Below, one piece after another: positions 55,111 to 63,879 of a DNA stretch of 64,000 nt. The notes beneath the pieces were generated by a model, which was given only the letters and a program-made list of their open reading frames with translations, ran no database searches and was not told the DNA's origin. The stretch lies in IMG/VR virus record IMGVR_UViG_3300031953_000001. One strand, given 5' to 3'. Numbering within the stretch: position 1 is the stretch's first letter; every line of letters starts with the position of its first letter. The DNA comes from a virus (Duplodnaviria > Caudoviricetes). The position numbers were made by a program, and so were the translations under genes.

Positions 55111-57273
55111 ATGTCTAAGAAAACGCGTTTTTCGAATGAATTGAGCGGTATCATCTCCAGTCTGGAAATGTCCCTTAACCACAACGGCATCGAAGTCACC
55201 GACGGTGTTGCTAAAGGAGCTTACTCTCAGGAGTCAGCACAAGACTTCAACCAACACTTTGACACACAGACTCAAGGTCTGCGTCAGATTGTTTCGGATG
55301 CGATGAGTGAGATCGATCCGGGCTTCTCCCAAGAAGCGATGAGTGCAGACATGAGCGAGCCTATGCGCGCTGGTCTGATTGCAGCCCTGGCTTCACGTAA
55401 AGGCGCAGCTCAGTACCACAAGCAAGCCCTGGCTTCCCAGAACAACGACCGCAACCTGTCCTTGGAATCTATTTTCAATGGCGTAGGCGGTGAAGTAAAC
55501 GTAGCCGAAGCCAACGCTTATTCTCAGGAATCGTTTGACGAAACTGAGCTGGCGAACTTTGCTGCACAGAACATCATGTACAACGTACTGGCCTCGCGTC
55601 AGGACCCGTTTGCAGAAGCGTTCTTCCCAACCAAGGTTGTGACTCCGGCTGAAGCTGGCATCAAGATCACCGTGGATCGTCAGGAAGTTCTGGACTACGC
55701 TCAACACAAGACTGACGGATCGTCTTTGGGTGAGAAGCGCTCCAACCTGATCGATGCCTTTGCCGATGCAAGCATCCTGAACCGTCCGGCTACCGAACTG
55801 GTACCCTGGGCTAAAGAAGACAACAGCAACGACGGTTACTTTGTTGCTAACGACGATGTTGCTGCACGCTCGGTTGAGTTGTCTGGCCATGCGGTACGCA
55901 CACGTCCGTTGAAGATGGGCAAGCGTGTTAACCTGCTGGGCATCTCTTCACACCCAGGTCTGATCGACAATGGCGTTCTGGACGTCACCGATCAAATCGC
56001 CAACGGCATGCGTTTGACCAACCTGTACGTTAAATTGGTCGACAGCACCGCCACACCGGCAACTGTTGAGATTGTGAAGTTGGGCGTGGGCAACATGACC
56101 CGCACTCAGTTCAAGAAATCCCACGAAGGCAAAGGCCGTGAAGTGGTACTGAACTTCATCTCCGACGCGGTGGTGATTGACAGTGCTAGCAAGACACCCG
56201 CCGGTGCTGCTCTGGCCCTGTTGGCCAGCCAAGTAGCTACCCCTGACCTGACCGTTCAACTGTCTCTGTCCGTTAGCGGCTCTGGCAACCTGAACGAAGG
56301 TACTGTGGACGTTCATTCTTCCCCGGTCCGTGTTGAGTCTGTGGTTGATTCTGACGGTTCTGTGTTGTCTCTGTCTGAAGGTGCTGGTAAGGCGGTTGTA
56401 GATCGTCTGGAAGCCCTGAGTGCATCTGTTATCGGTTACGACCTGAACGCACGTCGTTCTAACAGCAACTGGCGCTCTACCGGTGCCCTGATCGACGTAA
56501 CTCCGTACACCGAGAGCTACGCAATCGAGCCAGGCTACCCCATCAGCGTTCTGACGCCGACTGACGACACCCAGAATGGTGCCAAGATCTCTGGTATGGT
56601 TAACGCTGCGCGTATCCGCAACAGCAACAACGCCATCACCACTCTGATCAACTACGGCGAACAGCTGGAAGCGTATCAGCAAGCCATGCTGCGCGGCGTT
56701 AAGCTGGACATCGTGGGCGCTGGTCGTCACGTGGTTAAGCCGTTCTTCGCATCGGACAACCTAGACGTGGCTGCCCGTGTTACGTCCATCAGCTCGCATG
56801 AACGCGCTGAAGACGTGTCCATGGTTCTGGTTGATGCTATCCGTGACATGGCTTACCGCATGTACCGTGAAGCCAACTACGGCCCGGCTCTGGATCTGGC
56901 GAACGCCGGTACTCAGACCAAGCCTATCGTGCTGATCGGTTGTGATGCTGTGGTTCAGCGTTACCTGATGGTGTCTGGTGATGACCGTCTGCTGGGTGAG
57001 ATGGTGGATTACCGCATCGTGTCTACCAACGACACACGCATGACCGACAGCATCTACCTGACCTTCACTCGTGAGCGTCCAGGCAGTGAAGACGGTCTGA
57101 GCTTTGGTGTACACGCGTACATCCCAGAGCTGATCCAGCGTGTGACTACCAACCGTGGTGGTTCTACTGCTAAGAACGATCGTGTCGTTCCTCGCAGCAT
57201 CCACGTACCGGTACTGCCGGTTCTGGGTCACATCCGGGTTGTAGGACTGAAAGAAGCCATCACCAACACTTAA
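55111..57273 (+). CDS. major capsid protein (phiKZ gp120-like)
   Basis: 720 aa with S-x-E propeptide sites, FAEAFFPTKVVTP; strong codon bias; lies between DnaB and the RNAP beta gene. Confidence 0.9.
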   Translation: MSKKTRFSNELSGIISSLEMSLNHNGIEVTDGVAKGAYSQESAQDFNQHFDTQTQGLRQIVSDAMSEIDPGFSQEAMSADMSEPMRAGLIAALASRKGAAQYHKQALASQNNDRNLSLESIFNGVGGEVNVAEANAYSQESFDETELANFAAQNIMYNVLASRQDPFAEAFFPTKVVTPAEAGIKITVDRQEVLDYAQHKTDGSSLGEKRSNLIDAFADASILNRPATELVPWAKEDNSNDGYFVANDDVAARSVELSGHAVRTRPLKMGKRVNLLGISSHPGLIDNGVLDVTDQIANGMRLTNLYVKLVDSTATPATVEIVKLGVGNMTRTQFKKSHEGKGREVVLNFISDAVVIDSASKTPAGAALALLASQVATPDLTVQLSLSVSGSGNLNEGTVDVHSSPVRVESVVDSDGSVLSLSEGAGKAVVDRLEALSASVIGYDLNARRSNSNWRSTGALIDVTPYTESYAIEPGYPISVLTPTDDTQNGAKISGMVNAARIRNSNNAITTLINYGEQLEAYQQAMLRGVKLDIVGAGRHVVKPFFASDNLDVAARVTSISSHERAEDVSMVLVDAIRDMAYRMYREANYGPALDLANAGTQTKPIVLIGCDAVVQRYLMVSGDDRLLGEMVDYRIVSTNDTRMTDSIYLTFTRERPGSEDGLSFGVHAYIPELIQRVTTNRGGSTAKNDRVVPRSIHVPVLPVLGHIRVVGLKEAITNT

Positions 57274-57325
57274 CAGTGAGGTGACTTGAGTTTCGGGCAC
57301 GGTGCCTGATGCTTGAATGTAATGG

Positions 57326-57363
57326 GCGCATAAGGGGCAGGCTTCGGCTTGTCCCTTATGTCG
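57326..57363 (+). terminator. capsid gene terminator with TATGTCG tail
   Basis: CATAAGGGGCAGGC-ttcg-GCTTGTCCCTTATG then TCG. Confidence 0.85.
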
Positions 57364-57368
57364 TCTTG

Positions 57369-57376
57369 ATGGTATG
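57369..57376 (+). promoter_or_regulatory. putative late promoter core ATGGTATG
   Basis: Immediately after the terminator, upstream of 57406. Confidence 0.55.
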
Positions 57377-57405
57377 AACACTCGCCCCTTGGAGATAATG
57401 ATAAC

Positions 57406-57696
57406 ATGGCTACTATTACTGATCTGGACGCAAAACGCGTTGAAATGAATAATGCGATCGATGCGTACAAGCAAGCAATCCTGGATTACCAGGCATCGAC
57501 TATTACTCTGGCACAACTGAATGCAGCTAAAGACGCCGCCAGCAGTAAAGCCGATGAGTTCGGCAAATTGGCCGGTCAAGTGAAGAAAGACAATCCTGGT
57601 ACGCCTACTGCGGATTTCTTTTCAAACTCAACCGTTCAAACCCAGGCACGGATCGATCACGTTGCAACGACCATGACCAATGGCCCAGCGGTTTAG
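57406..57696 (+). CDS. 96 aa helical protein homologous to the N-terminus of the BspA-repeat protein; candidate capsid decoration protein
   Basis: MATITDLDAKRVE...DEFGKLAGQVKKD...FFSN vs MATLQDLETKRAE...DEYAKLIQQVKQD...LFSN. Confidence 0.75.
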   Translation: MATITDLDAKRVEMNNAIDAYKQAILDYQASTITLAQLNAAKDAASSKADEFGKLAGQVKKDNPGTPTADFFSNSTVQTQARIDHVATTMTNGPAV

Positions 57697-57758
57697 TCAG
57701 TCAGCATAAGGGACAAGCCAAAGTCTGAGCGCCAGCAACTTCCTTAACTTCGCATAAC

Positions 57759-57794
57759 CGCATAAGGGAGAGGCCAAATGGCCTCTCCCTATGT
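57759..57794. terminator. hairpin terminator nearly identical to 9103-9133
   Basis: GCATAAGGGAGAGGCC-aaat-GGCCTCTCCCT-ATG. Confidence 0.75.
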
Positions 57795-57812
57795 TTGCCT
57801 TGCACTTTTTTT

Positions 57813-57833
57813 GAGTCATATATCATCAAAGTG
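57813..57833 (+). promoter_or_regulatory. putative early promoter
   Basis: GAGTCATATATCATCAAAGTG upstream of the operon containing the RNAP beta gene. Confidence 0.5.
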
Positions 57834-57872
57834 TTATCCATTACATTCACTAACGGACGAAGACCATGTGAC

Positions 57873-58985
57873 ATGCAACACATCGAGCCGCAAGAGACCC
57901 GATACATCGAGGTTGGTGATGTCGAGGTCTATACAGCCATAAGCCGTGCTCGAGGTCCTTTGGAATACAGTCTGGCGTACTTCAATCACCTCAATCGAGA
58001 GGTAACGATCACGCTGCGCAACGGCGTGCCGTTCAAGCTTCCTGCCGGAGACGGACGGAAGAACTGCGTTGAGGTACTAGCCACCTTCAGCATCGATCCT
58101 CAGGTGAGGGTAGATCCGAAGAGTACATTCCACAATGGCACCAGCGTCTCTGCGGAGTCGTTGGCGCTTAAAGCGGCCCTTGAGAACTGTGAGAAAAGCG
58201 GTCGATTCAACCGAAAAAGCTTCACGCTGAAGTACAGCGTTCCGGCGGAGAAGGTTGAAAAGAACAGCGGTGCCATCTACATTGCCGACTTGGACATGAC
58301 CCTCTCGGTCAGTTCGGACGATCGTCGTGCAATCCATCCGTATAGCCCCAGCAGCGATCGATACCGTCTCATTGAGGCGGAGGTGAATATCAACAACCCC
58401 GAGCGGTTTGGGTATTCTTTGTATCTGATCAGCAACAACGGAGCCATCACAGATAAGTACATTAACGTAGGAGGACGAGTTTATCGCGTACCCAGCATTG
58501 AGAATAAATCATTACGGGATGGCGTTTATCTATGTAGTAGTGGCTGCATAGAAGAAAAGGGAAACGCCCCTGTACCAGTCACCGAGTACTACACCCACGA
58601 ACAAGCTATTGAGCAACTGAGGCTCTTCGACGATCCTGAGACTGCCCGGAACCACGGCGATGCTTTGGCTGCTCGAGAGCAGGAACTTAAAGACCTTCAA
58701 TTTAAATACAAAGAACTAGAACACGATCAGAAAATGGAACGGTTGAAATACGAGCATAAACTGGCCGTACAAAAACAGGAAGTGGAGGAATTAAAGCTTG
58801 AGCAAGAACGTCAATTCGCCCGTGAGGAACACGAGCGTAAGATGCGAGCTATGCGCGATAAGGAGTACTACGACACGCGTCAATCGGCCCGCAAGGATTC
58901 CAGCGAGCTTATCAAGTTCATTCCAGTATTGATCACCGGAGTAATAGCCATAGCAATGGTTATTTCTAAACACAACAAAGACTAG
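57873..58985 (+). CDS. conserved protein with a C-terminal coiled coil and TM helix (phiKZ gp122-like position)
   Basis: ATG 57873; charged coiled coil then FIPVLITGVIAIAMVI. Confidence 0.65.
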   Translation: MQHIEPQETRYIEVGDVEVYTAISRARGPLEYSLAYFNHLNREVTITLRNGVPFKLPAGDGRKNCVEVLATFSIDPQVRVDPKSTFHNGTSVSAESLALKAALENCEKSGRFNRKSFTLKYSVPAEKVEKNSGAIYIADLDMTLSVSSDDRRAIHPYSPSSDRYRLIEAEVNINNPERFGYSLYLISNNGAITDKYINVGGRVYRVPSIENKSLRDGVYLCSSGCIEEKGNAPVPVTEYYTHEQAIEQLRLFDDPETARNHGDALAAREQELKDLQFKYKELEHDQKMERLKYEHKLAVQKQEVEELKLEQERQFAREEHERKMRAMRDKEYYDTRQSARKDSSELIKFIPVLITGVIAIAMVISKHNKD

Positions 58986-58997
58986 GATCGGTTGTTG

Positions 58998-60620
58998 ATG
59001 GACTCTCAACTATTAGAAGGGGTACTTGAGCGCACGCCTGAGATCAACCCTCGCATTGCAAACGGTCTGGCCACTGAGCAGCTCCTGGGGGCTGAGCAGT
59101 TTGTCGACGAGATCTTCCGCTGTGCGGCGGTGGATTTCCCAGACGGCCTGACCTATGAGGGATCAAGACGGTGCACACCCAACCAAGAGTTTAACGAAGC
59201 CACCCGCGCAAGAGACAACCGGCAAGTCTACGAGCTTGCCCAAAGCGACTTCTATTTAATGGAGTACCGCTTCAAGCACCACGGCGAAGACCTGTTCCCC
59301 CGTTACTTGTACTTACCGTACGTGTCTCAGGGCGGCATGCTCAGCGTTCGGGGTAAGAAGTTTGCCATCTACCCAGTGTTGGCGGACCCGGCCTTCAGCG
59401 TTGGCCCAAAGAACATGTTCATACAGCTAACCCGTGCGCGGTTAACGTTTGAGCGTGTTACCCACCACTACATGGCCAACAACGAACACGAAGCAACGTA
59501 CGTAGCTTGGTCTTGGGTCCACAGTACCGCCCGCAACCGGCAAAGACGTAAGTCAGGCAACGCCAAAGTCATCTATTCCACTATGGCCAACTATCTGTTT
59601 GTCAAGCACGGCTTCACCGAAGCCATGCGGGAGTATACAGGAGCTGACGTAGTAGTGGGTGAAGATGAGATCACTCCGAAGGATTACCCCCCTGAAGATT
59701 GGGTGATCTGCAGCACCGTGGGCAACAAGCCGCGGGCGTTTGTGGGAGGCGCTTACCGCAGTGCTCGAGTTCGAGTGGCGGTGCCTAGAGAGCAGTACAC
59801 TCAACCGGTGCGCTGTTTATTGGGCGGCTTCTTCTACATCGCTGACCACTTCCCCAATCGAGTCCGTGCCGAGTACGTTGACGACGTGTGGATGTGGAAG
59901 GTGATTCTAGGACACATCATCTACGAGCCAGGGACCAGCGAAGGCTTGATGGTGCAAGAGATCGAAGACCACTTGGTCTCTTTGGATGAGTATCTGGATT
60001 CCATCGTCTGGAAGGAACTGAAAGCAGCGGGGGTGTCGTGCAATGACATCTACGAGCTTTTCATGCACGTGGTTGAAACCTTGGCGCAGAAGACGGCGTC
60101 CTCCGATGTGGGGGTCTCCAGCATCTACGGCAAGCGATTGATCACTCTGAGGTACGTGTTGTTTGACATCGTCAGTCAGATCAACACCTTGATGTACAAG
60201 CTCCGCGCCGCGCAGAAGAAGCGCAGTAAGCTGGAGATCACTGAAATCAACAACCTGATGAACATCTACTTACGCAGCGGCCGTATTGCCAACGTCAGTA
60301 ACCACGCAAAGCACCCGGAGGTCAATCCCATCTCCACCTCGAACGACAACCTGTTCTTTGGCGTCACGTGCAACATGCTGACCCAGGACAATGCGTCAAC
60401 TACGGGGGGTAAGAAAGGCAAGATCAATCTCAACGATCCTAGCAAACACTTACACGCCAGCGTGGCGGAAGTTGGCTCATACAACAACATTCCTAAGTCA
60501 GACCCCACAGGTCGGAGTCGGATCAATCCGTTTATACACATCGGAGCCGACGGAATGGTGGAGCGCGATCCTGACAAGAAACCCTTGTTGGACCACGTTC
60601 AAAGAATGCTGATGCTGTAA
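58998..60620 (+). CDS. split RNA polymerase beta N-terminal subunit (non-virion RNAP, phiKZ gp123-like)
   Basis: YLYLPYV..GG...G..F, H.S..EV......KSDPTG.SRINPF beta-like motif; synteny with the capsid gene. Confidence 0.8.
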   Translation: MDSQLLEGVLERTPEINPRIANGLATEQLLGAEQFVDEIFRCAAVDFPDGLTYEGSRRCTPNQEFNEATRARDNRQVYELAQSDFYLMEYRFKHHGEDLFPRYLYLPYVSQGGMLSVRGKKFAIYPVLADPAFSVGPKNMFIQLTRARLTFERVTHHYMANNEHEATYVAWSWVHSTARNRQRRKSGNAKVIYSTMANYLFVKHGFTEAMREYTGADVVVGEDEITPKDYPPEDWVICSTVGNKPRAFVGGAYRSARVRVAVPREQYTQPVRCLLGGFFYIADHFPNRVRAEYVDDVWMWKVILGHIIYEPGTSEGLMVQEIEDHLVSLDEYLDSIVWKELKAAGVSCNDIYELFMHVVETLAQKTASSDVGVSSIYGKRLITLRYVLFDIVSQINTLMYKLRAAQKKRSKLEITEINNLMNIYLRSGRIANVSNHAKHPEVNPISTSNDNLFFGVTCNMLTQDNASTTGGKKGKINLNDPSKHLHASVAEVGSYNNIPKSDPTGRSRINPFIHIGADGMVERDPDKKPLLDHVQRMLML

Positions 60621-60631
60621 AGATGTCCCAT

Positions 60632-60659
60632 GGGGAGGGTCTAACGACCCTCCCCTTTT
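60632..60659 (+). terminator. intrinsic terminator
   Basis: GGGGAGGGTC-taac-GACCCTCCCC-TTTT. Confidence 0.8.
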
Positions 60660-60700
60660 GAGGCCTTAACCTGTAAACTTCGACCCTAAGGAGTGATGTC

Positions 60701-61093
60701 ATGCCACCCGAGCAAATCAAACGGATACAGGGCGGGGCCCTGATTCTTGCATTCTACGCTGTTATCTTTGGACTGCCGTCGGCTATATTGAGTCGGAGTC
60801 TGTTGGATCTGTTAGTTCTGCCATTGGTGTTCGGGTTGCCAACGTGTTACCTAATGGGCGTCTTTGATTCTAAGGTGTGGAGGGTAAACCATGACCGTAC
60901 CAAAGAACATACGCGACTTCAGCGATCTGATTTGCCTGTGCCTCTCCGACGGGTGGGAGTTTACCCAAGGACCCCCGAGCGAAACCCAGTTGCAACAATG
61001 GGCCGCTCGAGGCCGCGCCGAACTGGCGTTCAAACGTCCGAGGTGTCATCCTCAAGACTCGTCGAATCACAGCTTACATCTGATTCGCTGTAA
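60701..61093 (+). CDS. hypothetical membrane protein (two N-terminal TM segments)
   Basis: AGGAG RBS; the 3' half overlaps the next ORF. Confidence 0.5.
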   Translation: MPPEQIKRIQGGALILAFYAVIFGLPSAILSRSLLDLLVLPLVFGLPTCYLMGVFDSKVWRVNHDRTKEHTRLQRSDLPVPLRRVGVYPRTPERNPVATMGRSRPRRTGVQTSEVSSSRLVESQLTSDSL

Positions 61094-61214
61094 AGAAGAA
61101 ACGCGGGTCCGGATGGGTCATACCCGATGGACTCAAGTGGGACTGTGGACAGCCTGGCTCGACACCACGTCCAACGAGCTTATCGATGTACCGTGTAGAT
61201 TTGATCGAGTTTAA
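60891..61214 (+). CDS. hypothetical protein
   Basis: GGAGG RBS; ends just before an early promoter motif. Confidence 0.55.
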   Translation: MTVPKNIRDFSDLICLCLSDGWEFTQGPPSETQLQQWAARGRAELAFKRPRCHPQDSSNHSLHLIRCKEETRVRMGHTRWTQVGLWTAWLDTTSNELIDVPCRFDRV

Positions 61215-61233
61215 AAGATATATCATCCAGGTG
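61214..61233 (+). promoter_or_regulatory. putative early promoter
   Basis: AAAGATATATCATCCAGGTG. Confidence 0.55.
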
Positions 61234-61326
61234 AACTGGATACCAACAACCAATTCCAGGGGAGATCCACTGGGTCTCAAAATACTTAGGACACACGTCC
61301 AATGGTAAGTCTTTAGGAGCATATCG

Positions 61327-63411
61327 ATGCACAATCCCCAACAACACCTACCGGTGTCTGCCACTCAGGTGCAGCAACACCAGTTCGTAACTGGGAACCA
61401 AATGCCCACGTTACCGAACATACCCGAGGTTGGGACCCTGCCACGACAAGAGGTCGTAAACCTCCACATGGCTTTGGTACACACCTTACAAGGGTTGGCC
61501 CCAAAGTCGGCGATTCGAACGTTCATGGCCAACTTGTTCAGTTCGAACCAGTACACGAACGCAGGCTACTCTGAATTACTGGGGGCGGCCATTGACTACT
61601 ACACGGTGCTTAAACGCGACAACCAAGCCGACGTCCAACGGTGTGCTCAGTTGATCCTGGACGCCTACGTGCCTAAGGTGGTGGATGAGTTTGCAGCCCT
61701 GTTGGCGTTCTTGACCCCTCAACAGCAAGCGGATTTGAACTCCTTGCGAGGGCTGCGTCAGCAAATCGGTGAGCAGGTAATGCAGGCACATGGTGGCTAC
61801 CCACCCCAGCAGCCAGGAGGCTATCCGCCGCAACAACCGAGCGGCTACCCACCGCAGCAAAACGTTGGCTACCCACCGCAAGGACATTACCCACAGCAGC
61901 CAGGAGGCTACCCACCCCAGCAGAATGTGGGTTATCCCCCACAAGGCGGTGGCGGCTACCCACCGCAACACGCAGGTGGTTATCCTCCTCAAGCTGGTGG
62001 AGGCTACCCACCGCAAGGCGGAGGACACCCGGGTGGACCTGATCTGCGGTTTGGAACCGGAGGTTACCCACCGCATGGCGGAGGTGGACGTCCTACAGCC
62101 GCTTGGGGTGGTGGTGCGCCACCTGCACCTGCGATGGGAACACGGCGTCCTGCAGGACCGGGTGCCAACAGCATGCTGAATCAAGCCGGTAGTAACGCGC
62201 CTGTACAGGGCGGAGGGTCACGTCGTCCCACCGTCGGAGGTGTACATAACCCACACGAAGTCAACCCAACCACCAACGAAGTACCAGGAGCTGAAATGAA
62301 ACACATTGAACCGGAGAACCGTCAACTGGGTCACTGGTCCGCTGTGCATGAAATCAGACCCCCGGCTCCACCGATTGACCGCGAAGTAACGTTCACATCG
62401 GCTTCTTATATACCCGTACGCCGCATCGATCAAAAGATCGTCACCACTGAAAAAGACGGACGCACCCAATGGGGCGTTGTTGACCTTGAGGAAGGATTTA
62501 TGGATTACAACCAACACGAGCAAAACCAGAAGATGACGACCTTAGCCCGTCAAACTCAAGTAGGACCAAAAGTGGGACGTGCCGCGCACTGGGCCGATGT
62601 GTCTGTTCCCAACGTTGTTAGCGCCGACGACCCTAAAGACGAAGAACACTCGGAGTCGTTCAAAGCCGACGTAGCGGTTATCCTAAATGAGCCTGTGTTG
62701 GCGTATTCGTTCAGTCATGGCCGGAGTCAAGCGTTGGCCAGTGCTGAGACCTTAGGGGTGGAGTACAGCCCCGAGCGGGTCTTTGAGTATTACATAGATC
62801 TGATGACGCCCGTGGGCAGTGCGGTGGCGGCTGAACAGATCCAGAAGTTGCGTGAAACTGAAGATCTGGCTCACCTGGTTACGGTGTTGACGGAACTGGC
62901 GTCGGAAATGGACAGTCGCTTGTGGTACCAGATCCACGATCGATTGACTGCGGTGTTCTGTCGTCGTATGCGTGGTGGCATTGGCTTTCCTGCAGACATC
63001 ACCTCCATCGTCGACGATTACGAAGTGATCATGGGTATTTTGAAGAGTAAGTTCTCCGACCCGGCGGTGGACACATTCAAACGCAATGCGTTTGTAACTT
63101 GCCTGAGAGCCTTAAACCTAAGGGAAAGCAACAGCAAAACCTTAGTGGCGGAATCGGTCAGTGTGACGGAGCTGCCTTGGACCAGTCAAGAGATTGGGTT
63201 GGTGATGGAAGCCAAGTACTGCATGCTCAGTGCAGCGGTGAATGAACAGATGGCGGGGGCAGCTTTGGCGTTGTTTGAACGGACCAACGTGAAGAGTCGT
63301 CAGATGAATCGACGCTTCTGGGTAACCGCCGACAACGTGGTGATCGAGTTGCATCGAGGCGATATGGGTCAGAACACGTTCCTAATCTCCAAATCCGAAC
63401 TGTGCTGCTAA
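61327..63411 (+). CDS. 694 aa protein with a central G/Y/P/Q repeat region between two folded domains
   Basis: AGGAG RBS; ten GYPP units. Confidence 0.8.
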   Translation: MHNPQQHLPVSATQVQQHQFVTGNQMPTLPNIPEVGTLPRQEVVNLHMALVHTLQGLAPKSAIRTFMANLFSSNQYTNAGYSELLGAAIDYYTVLKRDNQADVQRCAQLILDAYVPKVVDEFAALLAFLTPQQQADLNSLRGLRQQIGEQVMQAHGGYPPQQPGGYPPQQPSGYPPQQNVGYPPQGHYPQQPGGYPPQQNVGYPPQGGGGYPPQHAGGYPPQAGGGYPPQGGGHPGGPDLRFGTGGYPPHGGGGRPTAAWGGGAPPAPAMGTRRPAGPGANSMLNQAGSNAPVQGGGSRRPTVGGVHNPHEVNPTTNEVPGAEMKHIEPENRQLGHWSAVHEIRPPAPPIDREVTFTSASYIPVRRIDQKIVTTEKDGRTQWGVVDLEEGFMDYNQHEQNQKMTTLARQTQVGPKVGRAAHWADVSVPNVVSADDPKDEEHSESFKADVAVILNEPVLAYSFSHGRSQALASAETLGVEYSPERVFEYYIDLMTPVGSAVAAEQIQKLRETEDLAHLVTVLTELASEMDSRLWYQIHDRLTAVFCRRMRGGIGFPADITSIVDDYEVIMGILKSKFSDPAVDTFKRNAFVTCLRALNLRESNSKTLVAESVSVTELPWTSQEIGLVMEAKYCMLSAAVNEQMAGAALALFERTNVKSRQMNRRFWVTADNVVIELHRGDMGQNTFLISKSELCC
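61789..62079 (+). repeat. degenerate coding tandem repeat (GGYPPQQ-like)
   Basis: Repeated ggctacccaccgca-type units with synonymous variation. Confidence 0.85.
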
Positions 63412-63424
63412 CGCACGCTGAATG

Positions 63425-63454
63425 AGAGAGGGCCTTCGGGTCCTCTCTTTTTTT
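63425..63454 (+). terminator. intrinsic terminator
   Basis: AGAGAGGGCC-ttcg-GGTCCTCTCT followed by a T tract. Confidence 0.85.
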
Positions 63455-63508
63455 GTGTACGCCCCCGACTTATCCGATGAGACGCCCCTTATTGATTCGG
63501 ATGATTTT

Positions 63509-63877
63509 ATGGAGATGTACATAGGCAACGTTGCCATGGTGATCGGCGAGTGCGACGTTGAATGCATACGACAGGACCTAGAACACTTTTACGGTATGAG
63601 CGTCGGCACCGTTCAACGCGTTACACCACAAGTCCCCTACTCTGGGGAAATACGGGATCGGGACAACACCTTGGTACACATCGCCACCCCGGTCAGACTT
63701 CCCAATGACTTATACGACACCACTACCGTTCGCAACAGCTTTGACTTGGCTGAGGTCGGTATGTCTGAAGACGCCTTTTCACGAGCTGATCTGGTTTTGG
63801 TGTTATTGCAAGATGATAAAGGCGGCGTGTACTACTATCCATACAAAGTAGCCATGTACCGTTCGTCTGAGGAATAG
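63509..63877 (+). CDS. hypothetical protein
   Basis: Open frame after the terminator; start is uncertain (63509 or 63515). Confidence 0.55.
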   Translation: MEMYIGNVAMVIGECDVECIRQDLEHFYGMSVGTVQRVTPQVPYSGEIRDRDNTLVHIATPVRLPNDLYDTTTVRNSFDLAEVGMSEDAFSRADLVLVLLQDDKGGVYYYPYKVAMYRSSEE

Positions 63878-63879
63878 CT

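Noticed and set aside
55948-57579. Long antisense ORFs (260 and 272 aa) opposite the capsid gene
   Set aside because: They are shadows of strong codon bias in a highly expressed gene; no RBS or recognisable motifs.
61789-62079. Possible CRISPR-like array
   Set aside because: Units are degenerate, in frame and have no unique spacers; this is a coding repeat.
61576-62184. Antisense and alternate-frame ORFs over the GYPP repeat
   Set aside because: The repeat lacks stops in several frames; only the 61327 frame has an RBS and flanking domains.
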